DNA from: Chara braunii
Taxonomy: Eukaryota > Plantae > Charophyceae
Assembly (NCBI GenBank): GCA_003427395.1
Contig: BFEA01000017.1
Coordinates: 4,587,908-4,651,907, forward strand
Direction of reading: 5' to 3'
DNA length: 64,000 bases
The position numbers were made by a program, and so were the translations under genes. Positions 36,101-49,272 of the stretch are shown in pieces (the first letter of the stretch is position 1; each line of letters starts with the position of its first letter). The notes below the pieces were generated by a model. That model did no database searches. It saw only the letters and a program-made list of their open reading frames with translations, and was not told where the DNA came from.

Positions 36101-37198
36101 CCATCTGCCGGCATCCACGGCCCACAGCCTTCCCCCACCTCTGCCCCTGCAACGGCCTCGACTTACGCTGCCGCAGTGCACTCGCCTCGATCTCTCCCCC
36201 CCCTCCATCAACACAATAGAGTTGTGGTGCGATGTGCTCGCAACCAAATTGCGAGGTAGCCCTTCCACTGCGTGGGAGGATCATTATACCCAGCGCCTCC
36301 GCGTGGGTGAGGTCCCCACTCTGGCCGACTTCGCGGCCTTCCTTCAGGACCGTTTCGGCGCTCGTCATGACGCCACCGACGCCTTAGACTGCGTCACCCA
36401 GACCAGATGGTCCGGGTCCTCTGTACCGGCCGACCTGGAGCGTCACATCCGGGTGTTTTAGGACGCTCGCCTTGTTTGTGACGAGACGTTCCTACCGGAG
36501 GTCACACTCACCGACCGGTTCCTTGTCAGCCCGCCGACAGACTACCGCCTAGAGCTATGGAGGCGATCATTCTCTTCCGCGGAGCATGCATACGAGGCTG
36601 CGCGTCAGTACTAGAGGATGTGCAGTCGCTTCTCCGTCGCCCCATCCTCTTCGCGGCCAACTGCTACCTCCCAGTCTCGGGGTACCACCCGAGACCGCTC
36701 CTCGTTTGCTGGTCGTTTTCGTCGCTCGGCTCGACCTGGAGCGCCATTCGCTCGGCACAACAGTTCTCTCGAGTATGGGGAGGACGCCTCAGCCGAGCTC
36801 GATCCTACCATTGGGGACGCCCCCGAGGATATCGAGTTTCGGGACGTCATCCAGTACCACTTGGATGACGACACTATCCCAATGGCCGAGTGCCTGCATA
36901 TGACCATGTCTTCCATGGGTCGTGCACGCAGTCGGGTTGCATAGGCTGGCGCCCGCACACCCACAGTTCCTCAGATAGACCTCCCGCAGGGTTTTGTCCC
37001 TCCTCGCAGAGCTCTATCCCCCGAGGAGCGTGCCGCCCTCGAGGCCCGACGCGGCTGCCTTCGTTGCCGCCAGGATGGACATACCTTCTTACAGTGTCCA
37101 TACCACACCGCCCTCGATCGGTATTACACTGACATTTCTCGTCAGCGCCGATCTCAGTCCCCCCCCGGCCCCGCCCGGCCAGCCCCACCCAGCTAGCC

Positions 37199-37984
37199 AT
37201 GGTGCAGTGTAGCCCCGAGGCCTCGCTCGTGGCCGACTTCCCGACCACCGAGTCGCGGTTTGCCCCTTTGGCTACCCTACCAAAGATGCAGTTCTCTCTT
37301 TCCCGTCGTCTGTCGAGGTATCGTCTCCCTCCTAGCAGACCGCCGCATCTAGCGCTTCTCATTCGCACAACCCGTTGTAGCGCTCAGCTGGCGACTCGCG
37401 ATGACGTTGTGTCATCTCTCCTGGACTTGAGCATTCTGCAGGCTCGTCAGGAGCGACTCACGAGACACATCAACGTCCTGCATCGTCTTCTCGCTCTGCT
37501 CTCTGACCCTGATCGCACCCTACCCATCATCCCTATTCGCCTAGGGACATCTAGGAGGGTGTACCGCGCTTTATGGGACTCTGACTCGCAGGGAGATTTC
37601 GTTCACCCTCGAGTGGTTAAGGAAACTCGCCTAGCTACCTCTGGGTCTCGCTCTCCTATCTCCCTTACCCTCGGGGATAACAAGACGCAGCGCTTCTTCG
37701 ATCAGACGGTCCCCGACCTCCACTTCTCCCTCACCCTCCAGCCATCGGACAGTACCCAGACGCCTAGGCGCTACCATTCCTCCACATACTTCAACGTGTT
37801 GGAGACTGGGTACGACTTTACCCTTAGCACTCCCTGGTCTCACCGGTTCCGTGGCACAGAGGCAGAATGGGCGATCGAGACACTCGTTCTCAAAACGAAG
37901 TCTGGTCAGACCCATCGCGTCCCGTTCATTGGAACCATGGGCAACACCCCGCCCGACCTACCTCACCAGGACTCTCGTCCCTAA
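37199..37984 (+). pseudogene. Retroviral-type aspartic protease region of the gypsy pol
   Basis: ALWDSDSQGDFVHP (DSG mutated to DSD) and GYDFTLSTPW (ILG-type motif). Confidence 0.75.
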
Positions 37985-40787
37985 GGGTCCCACCCCAACA
38001 TCGTGTTCACTTCCCCTCGCCAGTTTGCTCACTTCATACGACAGGAGGACGTCACGTTCTACTCAGTGAACGTCATGGATCTTCTTCACTATGATCCACT
38101 TTGTCCCGAGGTTGAGTTCATCTTTCTGGAGCCCAATCCCCCTGACCCTTCCTCCATCTTCGCGGCTCCCATCTCTACGTCCACCCGTCAGCCTACGGAT
38201 ACCCCGTCCACGTCCCAGGCCCCTGCGCCGTCGACTGTCGAGTCCTCACATACGTCTCGTGCCGACGCAGACGCTGAGGAACTCACACGGTTCACGACAG
38301 ACTTAGAGTCGTCACAACCTTGACTGTAGGTATGATGTGCAACTGGTGGAAACATACAGCATGCTACATATCGGTCCTCTCCAAATCTCTTCGCAAAAAA
38401 CATGGTTGGTCTATGGGATCATACTGCCTGTCCAACCAACTGCAACCAACCCCATCCCAACCATTGACGAAGGTCTCCATTCGACTCAAGCAATTATTTT
38501 TATATCTACTAACCCAATAAATTATAACATTTTTTTAATTCATGGCAACATCAAAGAATAACATCTTCGAGACTTGAACGGACAGTTGGCAACAAACAAA
38601 AAATTGAACAGTAAATTTTTGCTCAACGTCTTGAGGGGACCATGGATTTGAGATTCTTCTACAAGACAAGAGGATGGGTCGATCCAAAACACGACCAGGT
38701 GTAGACGCACACATGGCTCTACCCAAACTTAGAATTGACTCGTAGAATGTTAGAGACATTCTTGATAATAATGGCAAGAAGAAGAAAAAGAGACTAAAAA
38801 ACGAAGATGCATCAGAACCCTATAAATATAATATTATTACATGAGACCAAATTAAATAAAGACAGAGTTGATAACTTGGATAATTGGTGGGTTGGCGATC
38901 AATGGTGAACCCCCTCTGATGGTACCAAAGGAGGTGTGGCCATAGTCAGAAAGACCTAGAATTTAAATTTATTGATTCTTTCTATGATACATGTGGGAAA
39001 TGGGTATGGGTTAAAAATTAAAATCCTTATAGGTGAAGAGCAATGAGCCTTTGCATCTATGTATGCTCCAGTAGATCCTAAAGAGATATCATCCTTCTTG
39101 AGAGATCTCTCCTTCTTGGAACAGGTCTCCCATAGTCTTTCCTAAAGTGGACCATTTAGTCATTGGGGGAGATTGGAATATCGCCATAGATCCTTCTATA
39201 GACTCCTCCTTCGAAGCCGGTAACGCGCAAGGAAGTTGTCGCTTGAAGTTTTTTTTGAGAGAGCATGACTTCGTAAATACATACCGCATAATTCATTCGG
39301 ACACACAAAAATTCATTTGGGTTTCCTCTTCCTCTACAAAACAGAACCAAATTGCACAGAAATTGTTGGACTACTGGTTTGTTAGAATATATGTGTGGAA
39401 CAGGGTAATAAGTACCCAAATCCACTTAGATCTTTATCAGACCACAAACCCATCTCTTTACATATGACAGTTGAGTCAAGGGTGGAGATCGTCCGAAACC
39501 ACTTTGGCCTTGCACACCATATCGTAGAAGACGAAGAGGTCAAAAATTGAATGCACACTTTCTAGGATGAATGAAAAAAGGAAAAATCAATGTTTGAATT
39601 TTGAATCGACTTGTGAATGGTTTGACTACTCACTTCGACGTGGACCTACAATAGGCCTCAGAAATACTTTTCTCTTTTAGTCATATTAAAGTCATGGAAC
39701 GAGCAACTAAGGAAAGATTCTTCATGCAGAAAAGCAGAGAAACAAATGACGGTATCTGCACCTTTAGATTGGTATTGGATAAAGCAAGGGAATACTCGAC
39801 TTTATGAATGACAAAATTTTCAGATCGCTAGAGAAGAAGAATGACAATGAAATGCAGCAGCCAACAAAATTCTCGACGGTGATAGGATGACAAAATCTTT
39901 CTTTAAACAGGTCAAAGGAACTAGTGCCCAAACGAGCATGAAGGAATTGCTTTATCCCTTTGACCCTAATATGTTAGTGACCCAAGAAGCAGATCAAATT
40001 AACACCTACGCTAGACTAAGTTTGTTTTTTAAGAACTTACCGAGTACAGAAAAATATTTTGGAATCTCATTGTGGATCTTCTTGAGGAATCACTGACCAT
40101 AGGAATACCTTATTGGAACAAGATTTCACAATAGAATAACTAACTAGCGCTTGCCTGAGTATGGCTACAATCAAATGCCCAGTGGACTCCCAATAGAATT
40201 ATACTCCAAAACTTTGAGAACTTTAGGGTCCATACTGCTTGAGATCTTTAATGATATCATCAAAGGTTCCAAGTTTGACAAGTATATGATGGAAGGGGCT
40301 ATTTACATAAGGAGAATGATAAACGTGAAATCCGCAACATTCGACCCATCACTGTGCTGAACCCTTCAGGTAAAATCACCGCCAAAGCAAAATGAAGAAG
40401 AATAGTCAATTATTTATTAGTCGTGGTCCACCCAGACCAATCCGTTTTTGTGAAAGACAGATTGGTTTTGGACAATGTTACGACCATCGTGCAAGCTATG
40501 AAAGTTATTGACTATCGCAACCTATCCCATGTTATACTGCTCAGAGACTTCGAAAAATCATATGATAGGGTTAACTGAGATTTTGTGTCAGAAGCCTTGA
40601 GAAGGAGAGGTTTTGGGGAGAACTTCAAATTATAGGTGAAAATGTTATGACTTGACTCTGTGGCCACAGTGGTGACCAACAACAAAAAATTGAGTCACTT
40701 CACACTGTCTAAGTCTCTCAAACACGGTTTCCCTCTAGACCCCCTCCTTTATGTGATTCAACAAGAGGTTTTCTCACAATGATAAGT

Positions 40788-43181
40788 TGTGACGCCCAAC
40801 CTCATGCCCAACGCGACTTCCTGATTGGAGTAGGATGTGGGCATGGAAGTGCGAAAAGGGGTGTGCCAAGGATTTTTAGGGAAAGTGGAGTCCCAGGTCA
40901 GAACTGAGATCTCATGTGGCAGGGTTTTTCGGGGGCACGCATGCAATTTGGCAGAGAGGGGAGACCGCCTCTGGTTACAAGGCAGATGGTATGTGCGGGT
41001 CGCTCAAGGCCGAGCGAGCCATTGGTTCCGGGGACGGCGGTTCGCGGGCGGGTTCCTTCGGGGTAGGTGGGGTTCCGATGAGTCAGGCTATCGGGAGTTG
41101 CCACGTGGCGCTGGTCGTCGCACGTTCGGGTTAGGCCTCCAGAATTCCGGGGTTCTCTGATCGCCGCGTCGTCGGCAATTCCCGCAGGGTGTGCTGGGCC
41201 AGTAGGGGGCTATGGCCGGCCACAGGACAACGCTGAGTTGATGATACGGAAAAAGAATGTGAAAGGGAGGGAAACTGGTGGAGATAACGACAAATCCGGG
41301 ATGGGTGAAGTAGTAGGTGTGGTCCGGAGAGGGGAAATCAGAGCACCGGGGGTCGCTGGTAGTGACGCAGTGAAATTCCCGAGGACACAGTCGGTTCTCG
41401 GTTAGGCAGGGGTATCTCTGTCGGAGGAGCTCGTTTTTCCAAGGGGTGAAGTAATCTGGGTCGTATGATGAGTGTGAATCCCAGGATTGTGTCATCGTGT
41501 CATCGCCAAGTTACAATGTGCCTGAGGGCCGGTCCTTGTCAAAGGCGATCGCCCCGTGCAAGCACGTGCAGGCCGCGCAATCAAGCCGCGCCTACTCGTG
41601 CTTATACGGGACTATGGCTTCGTCACTAGACGCAGAACTGCCACGTTCGATCAGACAATATCCCCACAATTGCTAATTCGTTTTGAGATTTGACGAGCTG
41701 ACGTACAGGAGCGCGGGCAAGTGCGCAAATCAAGTCGCGCGGTGTTCACTCCGTGTATGCAAGATGCACCCAATGCAACAGCCCGATCAAGAGACCAAAA
41801 CAAACGAGAGCAGAATTGCCGATTGGGCAAAAACTCCTATCCTACTTACAAGTGCATTAATCAAAAGCAAAGGCAAGGATTCCGACAGAAAGATGACTGA
41901 CCAAACATTGTATCCATACATTCATTCATTCAGCAACATGCACACAGTACATCTGAGATGGAATCACAAAGAGAAGTGCGAGCAAAAATCCAAGTCCGAA
42001 TTCCGAGAAATAGAAAAACGGGCAAGCTGCCCGGAGCCGAAATCAAAATTTATGTACACGAGGCAGGAGGGAGAAAAGATAAAAAAAACAGCAAAACCGC
42101 GTCCATCAACCTCAACTCTCCCTTCCTCTCTCTTCTTCTCCGATGCGGACAGTCCGTCGTCGCGCACCAACTCACGAAGCCGTCACCCCGCTTAGTCCTC
42201 CCGCACCCGTCAGGTTCGCCCGCGTCCACAGTCCATCGTGGCCCGCGTCAACCCCGCGCGTTTGACACTAGCTCGTCGAGTCGCCCGACTCCTGCTCTAC
42301 TCACCTCTTACTTCTCTCGTGTGCCGACCCTCGCTGATCGCGCAACCCCGAGCTTCCAACAACTGATTAAGAGAGTTAACCAATCGCGCAGCCGAAATTT
42401 ATAGCGTGTATGCATGCGCGAGGAACACGGAATTACCAGGACTTTAGAGGGAGATTAGAGAGGGAGTGCCTACGTTCTGCATGACCGGTCCGCGGGGTGG
42501 GGGACGTAGCCCTTCTCCACGCACCAATCCGAGCATGTAGACCGTGGCTACCAAAACGCAGCAAAAGAAAGAGAAGGAGGGCGGGAAAGACGAAGCGCAA
42601 GAAGAAAGATACAGTTACAATGGCGCCAACCCAAGATTACAGTTACAAATTCGAATAAGGGCGCCGACTAATCAGAATTCCGTTGCAGCCGCACAAAGAA
42701 GCGCGTGAGCAAAAAGGTGCCGCGAAGCAAAGAAAGTCCTAATTACAAAATTCCTAAATTCCTACGTAGTGTGAAAAAGCAAAAAACACCAGAAAGTCCG
42801 AAATTCCGAGAGCCATCGGGGCTCGACAAAATTCGAAAAAGAATGCAAAAAGAAAAACTCAAAAAGAACGAAGCAAATTCTCGCGCGATGTCCGCGCCCA
42901 AAAAGTTCCGAAACCGAGCCAAAAGAGCTGTCGTCAACATTTATTAGTTGCGCACTTGGCGGCGCGCCAGCCACCCGACCAATCAATCACCCGCCCCGGG
43001 GCTCACCCAGCTCCGAACTCAGCCAACCAAAAAGAACCGACGCAAAAAGGCGAAGAAAAGAGGGCACCGATGCAATTTCCCATCCATCCCAATCTCCCGT
43101 AATTGGCCCAACCTTCCCAGCTTAGGACCCCTCATGGTAGCTGCGCAGAAAGTCGCGCGCTTCAGAAGGTGGTTCGTCACA
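40788..43181. mobile_element. Probable solo LTR (2394 bp) inserted in the LINE RT
   Basis: Perfect terminal inverted repeat TGTGACG...CGTCACA with flanks AAGT/AAGC. The LINE RT sequence resumes across it (PLLYVIQQEVF... / NEIQGLEI). No retroelement ORFs inside. Confidence 0.8.
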
Positions 43182-44449
43182 AAGCAATGAAATTCAAGGA
43201 CTGGAAATCTCAGCAGATTACCAACTACAAGCATCGGCGTCCAGTGAATTATCAAACCTCACTTAGTCTACAAGCAGTTAAAGACACCCTTGAGCTCCTC
43301 GGGAAAGCATCAGAAGTTTAAGTTAATTGGAATAAGTCCATAGCACTTTCCGGGGATGGGGAACCTTTGGTAGCCGATACCGGTATGGTAATTAAAAACA
43401 GAGATCATTTCGAACACTTCCTAGGTATTGAAATTTATTTCTTATGAAGACAATGGGAAAAAACAGAACCAGATTATTGAGGATATGATCTTGGGTAGAC
43501 TTACTGCATGGTCCAAGGTGTGATCCGTCTTTCTTTTTGAGAGAGCCGTTGTTGTTAACACAATAGTTCTCTCAACAATCTGGTATATTCTATCTATTGT
43601 AAGCGTGACCCCAACCACGGGCAAAAGGCTAAGACAAGAAATATCCTAATACCTTGAGGTTGACGAAGCTATTCCCAAAGTGGCCTGGTGGAAACATTAT
43701 GCAGAAACGAAGAGGCGGAGGGTTATGACTTTGGGAGTTCGGACTCCAAAATAAGGCTTTGTTGTTGAAATGGATTGTGTGGATGCTAACCACGGACAAT
43801 GAACCTTCATGGGTGAAATTAGCCCTGTACATTCTATCCCAGGAATGGGGATTCCACAACCAAAACGATTTATGGCCGTGTTTTTCCGTCAAAGGGTTTC
43901 TAAACCAAAAAATCGGATCTGAAGTCTGGAAACCTATAATATATTGGCTTCCTAGAAAACACTGATGCCATATACCATCAAGTGACCACAATCTTATCAA
44001 GAGGTTTTGATGCAGCCACTCTTCGATAACCCAACAATCATAGGCCCCAAAGCTTTACCATTTTTGTCCTCCTCTAAATCACAAGATTTAGGTTATCCCC
44101 TGAATCCCTGGTATTAGCTTCAAGTTGGTGTGTCGCAGATTCACCACTTATAGATACCGTAACAGGAATGCTGGGTTACAACAACAAAACTAAGCACAAA
44201 ACGTGGTACTCTTGAGTAATATTGAATGAAGTGTTAGGGAAGGACTGATGAGTCACTACCTCAGAGCAACCAACAACATTCCTAAGAATCTCAAACCTTC
44301 TAGATGAGGAGAGCATGTTATGCAAAGAATGAGAAATCTCCAATAACACTATTTAAACAAAACAAGTCGTCTCGCATCCAACAAAGGAAAATAGAATTTG
44401 TAGATCTTCTCTTCTAGTGAGACGATCACACTCATCATTGTTGACCTCG

Positions 44450-46154
44450 GTATCAGCCTGATAGGGAGAACATCTCCAAACAGGTTGACTTCTTGGTTCT
44501 TGCGATGATCTCAATTGGTGCAGGCGTCCTACCCGTCTCTTCTGAAGGTAAATACGCGCGGCCCTCCGTATTTACTATTTCTAGGAAGAAGACCCCCGCC
44601 TCCATTACTGTGCACACCAACGGTACCATTCTCCTGTCGACTCTACCTCTGCCTTGGTGCCGGACCACCAGGGACCTGCCGCGATGGTTCCCTCTGTACT
44701 CTTTTTGCTTTGAGTATCTGACGGTGGGGCATATCTCCTGTGTGACGCCCCTGAACTACCCGTCGATGACTCCGAACGCTCTGGCCTCAGATCCCTTTCG
44801 CCTGACCCTACCAGCTCATCTCCCATAACCTCACTCCCTACCTCAACCCGCGATTCAGATGACACCGAGAGGGCACATCCCTCCCCTCTTAGCACTCCCC
44901 CTTCTGGTAGGCGACCCCTCCCTCTTCTCCCTCCAACTGACCCCAATCTGCTTCCCCGAACCAGCCCCCCCCAGCTGTCTCTCGTTATCTCATACCAGCG
45001 TTGCTCGTCCAGGCTCCAGTTCAGCCCTCTGCCCCGCACCCAGCGAGTTTCTTTGTTCAAATCTTTGCTCTCCCCCATTTCCTGCCCGCTGTGTTCTCTG
45101 ATTCTGGGGGGAGCCCCCATATTCTTCCTGCCAGTAGGAGTCTGTCCCATGAGGAGGGCAGCTCCCCACCGAATGAAGCTGGAAACGCAACGTGTGGTCC
45201 TGAGGTTGGAAGGTACAGCCCCGGGCCGGAGACCTGAGGAGGGCACGTGCATGACGGGAAATGACAGGGAACTTGATGGCCATTCTGATGGACCCTCTGA
45301 GACATGACCAGCTGTGGTTGCAAGGGCTGAGGGGCAGGGGTGGGGAGACCTGTCCATTGTGTAGGGTTTGCCCATTGAGGCCTGGGCGAAGGTGAGGGGA
45401 GGTGGTGGTGATGTGGGTTTAGATGAATCGGGAAACTGGGCTGTGTAAAGCCCGGAATCGGTGACGGATAGGCCTGTGTGTGGGCAACAGGGGGTGGAAG
45501 GAGCCAACTTGCTTGCGTTCCCGTATGGTCCCTGACGTCAAGACCTCCCAACTGGGGGCCGTAGCCTCTCTGATCAAGTGCAGGTTCTCCTTGCTGGACT
45601 GTCTGCAAAATTGCTCCTGGGAAATTGGGTGCTCCTGTCTTCCTTGTATTGCTACTGGCATCGGACTTCCTTCTTGCTGCGTCCTCTCGGTTCTTGAATG
45701 TTCTGCGGATGCAGATGCTGGGACCCGACTTCCCTCCTGTCCCTGCAAAGAATTGCCCTGCCCAGGTGCCCCCTCTCGGCTTGTGAGCGCCATGTTCTGA
45801 CGTGGTAAACGAGAGTTCGTCCACTGTGTCGTCGACCGATCCCCCTGTGTTGCTCTCAGACAGCTGTCCTCCGTCCGGAAATACCACAGGCACTGCCGAC
45901 ACCACTCCGAATATGGGGTGGCAACCTCCACCTTCCAAATTTCTCCTTTCGGCGATTCAACCGCTAAGGTATTTTCCACTCAGAACCTTCGCTTGTGGAT
46001 CCATGTAGAATTTCACGTACATCAGCTTTGGGCGTGAGCGATCTACTTCCGGCAGATGCATATGTTTTACACCTCCACCTTCCAAAAAGGTGCTGTTCTC
46101 TCCCTTTGCGGAGGAGAGTTTCACGGACACCGTGCCAGACTGTGCCAGACACAT
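44450..46154 (-). mobile_element. LINE ORF1 remnant
   Basis: KLMYVKFYMDP...EVATPYSEWCRQCLWYF...C (RRM end plus knuckle-like motif), followed by a low-complexity region. Confidence 0.55.
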
Positions 46155-46457
46155 TAAATTTTTGTTTCTTCGAATTAATTAGTGTTTCCTTTTTTCTTTT
46201 TTTTCTTTTTTAACGAATTCTGTATTGACTGTTACACTGGGTTTGACGCGGGGACGGCCCGGGACGCAGCCATTTGGGTAGGATGTTTTATGTTCTAGAC
46301 AGCAAGCTTGGCAAAGGTCTTATGAAGAGGGGGATTGGCAGCCTTGAGAAGGGAAACGTTTAACCACCCATTCTCTATGGGAAGGGGCCTAACCCGGCAC
46401 CCTTCTTAACCCAGAGAGATCCAACTTCCGGAGGCCAAGACCCTCAAGGAGGATTTT

Positions 46458-46869
46458 GGGCCTCGCCACACCACTCTTGAAAAGGCAAAAAGTTCAAGAG
46501 CTGTCAGACGTTCTCAAGAGTTGGGTTGTCAATAGTTTTCAGCCCCTCGCCACACAGCACTCTCGAAGGGCGATGGTCTTGGATAGAGGATGAAAAACGA
46601 CAGGCATACAACTTTGTTTTTTTCGAATGGCGTCAGGATAACGGCCCTACAACTCTTGAAAATAGAGAGTCCCTCAAGGGTTCGGCCAAGGACGCTTGAA
46701 AACGCACGAGTTCCAGGCTGGGGTTTCCAATTTTTCAAGAGCTGCTCTTGAAAGGGTTTCAAGAGCCACAGTGGCTCTGACAGCTCTTGACTGCACCAAG
46801 TTTCAAGAGGCTGTGTGGCGATGCAGCAACTCTTGAAAATGCGTTTTCAAGAGTGGTGTGGTGAGGCCC
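46458..46869. mobile_element. Tourist/PIF-Harbinger-like MITE (412 bp)
   Basis: 26-bp TIR GGGCCTCGCCACACCACTCTTGAAAA / TTTTCAAGAGTGGTGTGGTGAGGCCC; flanks TTT/TTA. Internal CTCTTGAA/TTCAAGAG repeats. Related ends occur at 51648 and 51873. Confidence 0.85.
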
Positions 46870-48475
46870 TTAGCCAGTGGGAACAGCACCTTTTGTGAAA
46901 CAAATGTGGACAAGTTGCACGTTAGGTGGATTCACCGGCGAAAAGAAGGAAAAGGAGTTTTGAGGCTCAAGAGCCAAGCACACCTTGGCAGAGGGCGTCG
47001 CTCCACTACTGCTCCACTTCTGTCCTCTGTACAACATTTTGGGATGTGCGTGGACAGTAGTCACAGCGAGCAAAAACTGTGTCCGTTGCCACTGTCCGAG
47101 CCACATAGCGCTCCACTTCCTGTCCACTGTACACTCTCCAGTTCGTGAGTTCACTAGGAAACACAACGTCAATANNNNNNNNNNNNNNNNNNNNNNNNNN
47201 NNNNNNNNNNNNNNNNNNNNNNNNNNNNNNNNNNNNNNNNNNNNNNNNNNNNNNNNNNNNNNNNNNNNNNNNNNNNNNNNNNNNNNNNNNNNNNNNNNNN
47301 NNNNNNNNNNNNNNNNNNNNNNNNNNNNNNNNNNNNNNNNNNNNNNNNNNNNNNNNNNNNNNNNNNNNNNNNNNNNNNNNNNNNNNNNNNNNNNNNNNNN
47401 NNNNNNNNNNNNNNNNNNNNNNNNNNNNNNNNNNNNNNNNNNNNNNNNNNNNNNNNNNNNNNNNNNNNNNNNNNNNNNNNNNNNNNNNNNNNNNNNNNNN
47501 NNNNNNNNNNNNNNNNNNNNNNNNNNNNNNNNNNNNNNNNNNNNNNNNNNNNNNNNNNNNNNNNNNNNNNNNNNNNNNNNNNNNNNNNNNNNNNNNNNNN
47601 NNNNNNNNNNNNNNNNNNNNNNNNNNNNNNNNNNNNNNNNNNNNNNNNNNNNNNNNNNNNNNNNNNNNNNNNNNNNNNNNNNNNNNNNNNNNNNNNNNNN
47701 NNNNNNNNNNNNNNNNNNNNNNNNNNNNNNNNNNNNNNNNNNNNNNNNNNNNNNNNNNNNNNNNNNNNNNNNNNNNNNNNNNNNNNNNNNNNNNNNNNNN
47801 NNNNNNNNNNNNNNNNNNNNNNNNNNNNNNNNNNNNNNNNNNNNNNNNNNNNNNNNNNNNNNNNNNNNNNNNNNNNNNNNNNNNNNNNNNNNNNNNNNNN
47901 NNNNNNNNNNNNNNNNNNNNNNNNNNNNNNNNNNNNNNNNNNNNNNNNNNNNNNNNNNNNNNNNNNNNNNNNNNNNNNNNNNNNNNNNNNNNNNNNNNNN
48001 NNNNNNNNNNNNNNNNNNNNNNNNNNNNNNNNNNNNNNNNNNNNNNNNNNNNNNNNNNNNNNNNNNNNNNNNNNNNNNNNNNNNNNNNNNNNNNNNNNNN
48101 NNNNNNNNNNNNNNNNNNNNNNNNNNNNNNNNNNNNNNNNNNNAAAAAAAAAAAAAAAAAACTGCCTCCCTTTTTTTTTTTTTGCTGCCTCCCTTCCGGG
48201 GTTGTTTGTTGAGGATCATTCCCGGAGCCAAGCCCCACTTGCCGAAATCCTGCACTTGTGACCGTAGATCTCTGCAATCTGTGGTCAGAAATGAAGGATG
48301 CGGGTAACTGGCATTTGGCCCCCGGACCGGCGTCAGTGATATTCAACTCAATGTCTGTAATATGAAGCCCTGAGGGGGCCCTTTTTTGTGAAGAAGAAAA
48401 GAAAAAAAGAAAGGAAAAGCTGCCTCTCTCCACTGTGGCTCTGGAACTGGTCTCTGTCATGGCTTACAAACAATG

Positions 48476-48620
48476 GGTCCCACTAGCAAAGAGGATAGGA
48501 CCGAATGCCTGCATCTGGACGTGTTTGTGGAGAGGTGCAGGAAATCGAGATTGAACTGCTTTTCTGCATCTCTGCATAAAACACATCCAGATTCGGGTAT
48601 TCGATCTGATCCTGTTTGCC
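48476..48620. mobile_element. MITE family A copy, reverse orientation and degenerate
   Basis: GGTCCCACTAGCAAAGAGGATAGGA plus a family A interior. Another decayed copy lies at about 49582-49750. Confidence 0.75.
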
Positions 48621-49093
48621 AGTCGGACCGCGGCCCTGGTCCACCTACAGTAGGCGCTACAGTAGGCGCGGTAGACAGCATCGTCGCGACTACTCCAGCT
48701 AGCACGGTTGCTGTTATTTTTCCTCACCGTTGCCCCCCTCCCCTCCCCTCCCCGCCCACCTCATATCCCTCTGTATTCCATGAATTTACCAGCTATGCTA
48801 TAGCTCTCATCATCTACACCTGCATGAGCCTGCTTTCGCATGTTAGGTGGGATATGCCATCACGCAGTCGCAGAGACTGCCGCAAAGATTACTGTTTTCG
48901 GTCACAGCAGATCCTTCCGTTGGTAAATTGGTACAAGACATGGGTACCATCCCTGGATCAGCAGATCACCTGCCGCTCCTCACCTCACTCAGAAGAGGAT
49001 TGCACGCGCAACGATACTGGGACCTGAGTAGAACCCCTTTGTTACGTAATATCACAATAATAAGCAGTTTGTGGGCTGGGGAGCGTTCCAGGG

Positions 49094-49272
49094 TTGGTTG
49101 GTGTTCCCCCGTACTATACATAGAGTAGCGAGAGGGTGAGATAGATGAGATAGATGAGATAGATGCGGAAATAGATAGATTGTTTGGTTGGTGTTCCCCC
49201 GTACTATACGTAGAGTAGCGAGAGGATGAGATAGATGAGATAGATGTGGAATAATATACATGATAGATAGAT
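49094..49272. repeat. About 90-bp tandem duplication with (GAGATAGAT)n
   Basis: TTGGTTGGTGTTCCCCCGTACTATAC.TAGAGTAGCGAGAGG.TGAGATAGATGAGATAGAT occurs twice. Confidence 0.85.

Larger units (their letters stand above)
32728..38316 (+). mobile_element. Ty3/gypsy LTR retrotransposon, 3'-deleted (LTR, PBS, gag, protease)
   Basis: TG...CA termini with 5-bp TSD ACCTT (32723-32727 and 38317-38321). LTR end CCGTCACA at 33088, then the PBS. Gag-like ATKLRGSPSTAW...LQDRFG and protease-like ALWDSDSQGDFV. No RT or integrase. Confidence 0.88.
31180..44430 (+). mobile_element. Highly degenerate plus-strand L1-type LINE, split by the gypsy element (32728-38316) and a solo LTR (40788-43181)
   Basis: ORF1-like VRVRGATQ...GKVVKEY and CTNCGQTH...C. 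ORF2 start MALPKLRIDS*NVRD at 38713, then VIGGDWN, LDYW, HPDQSVFV, DFEKSYDRVN and the post-RT LLLKWIVW segment. Boundaries are approximate. Confidence 0.85.

Noticed and set aside
46870-47174. Possible RNase H/DIRS remnant (LHVRWIH)
   Set aside because: Too short, no further motifs, and truncated by a gap.
46870-48460. Long ORFs spanning N-gaps (also 1597-2245 and 12134-14146)
   Set aside because: Their length comes from Ns, so they are not real coding evidence.
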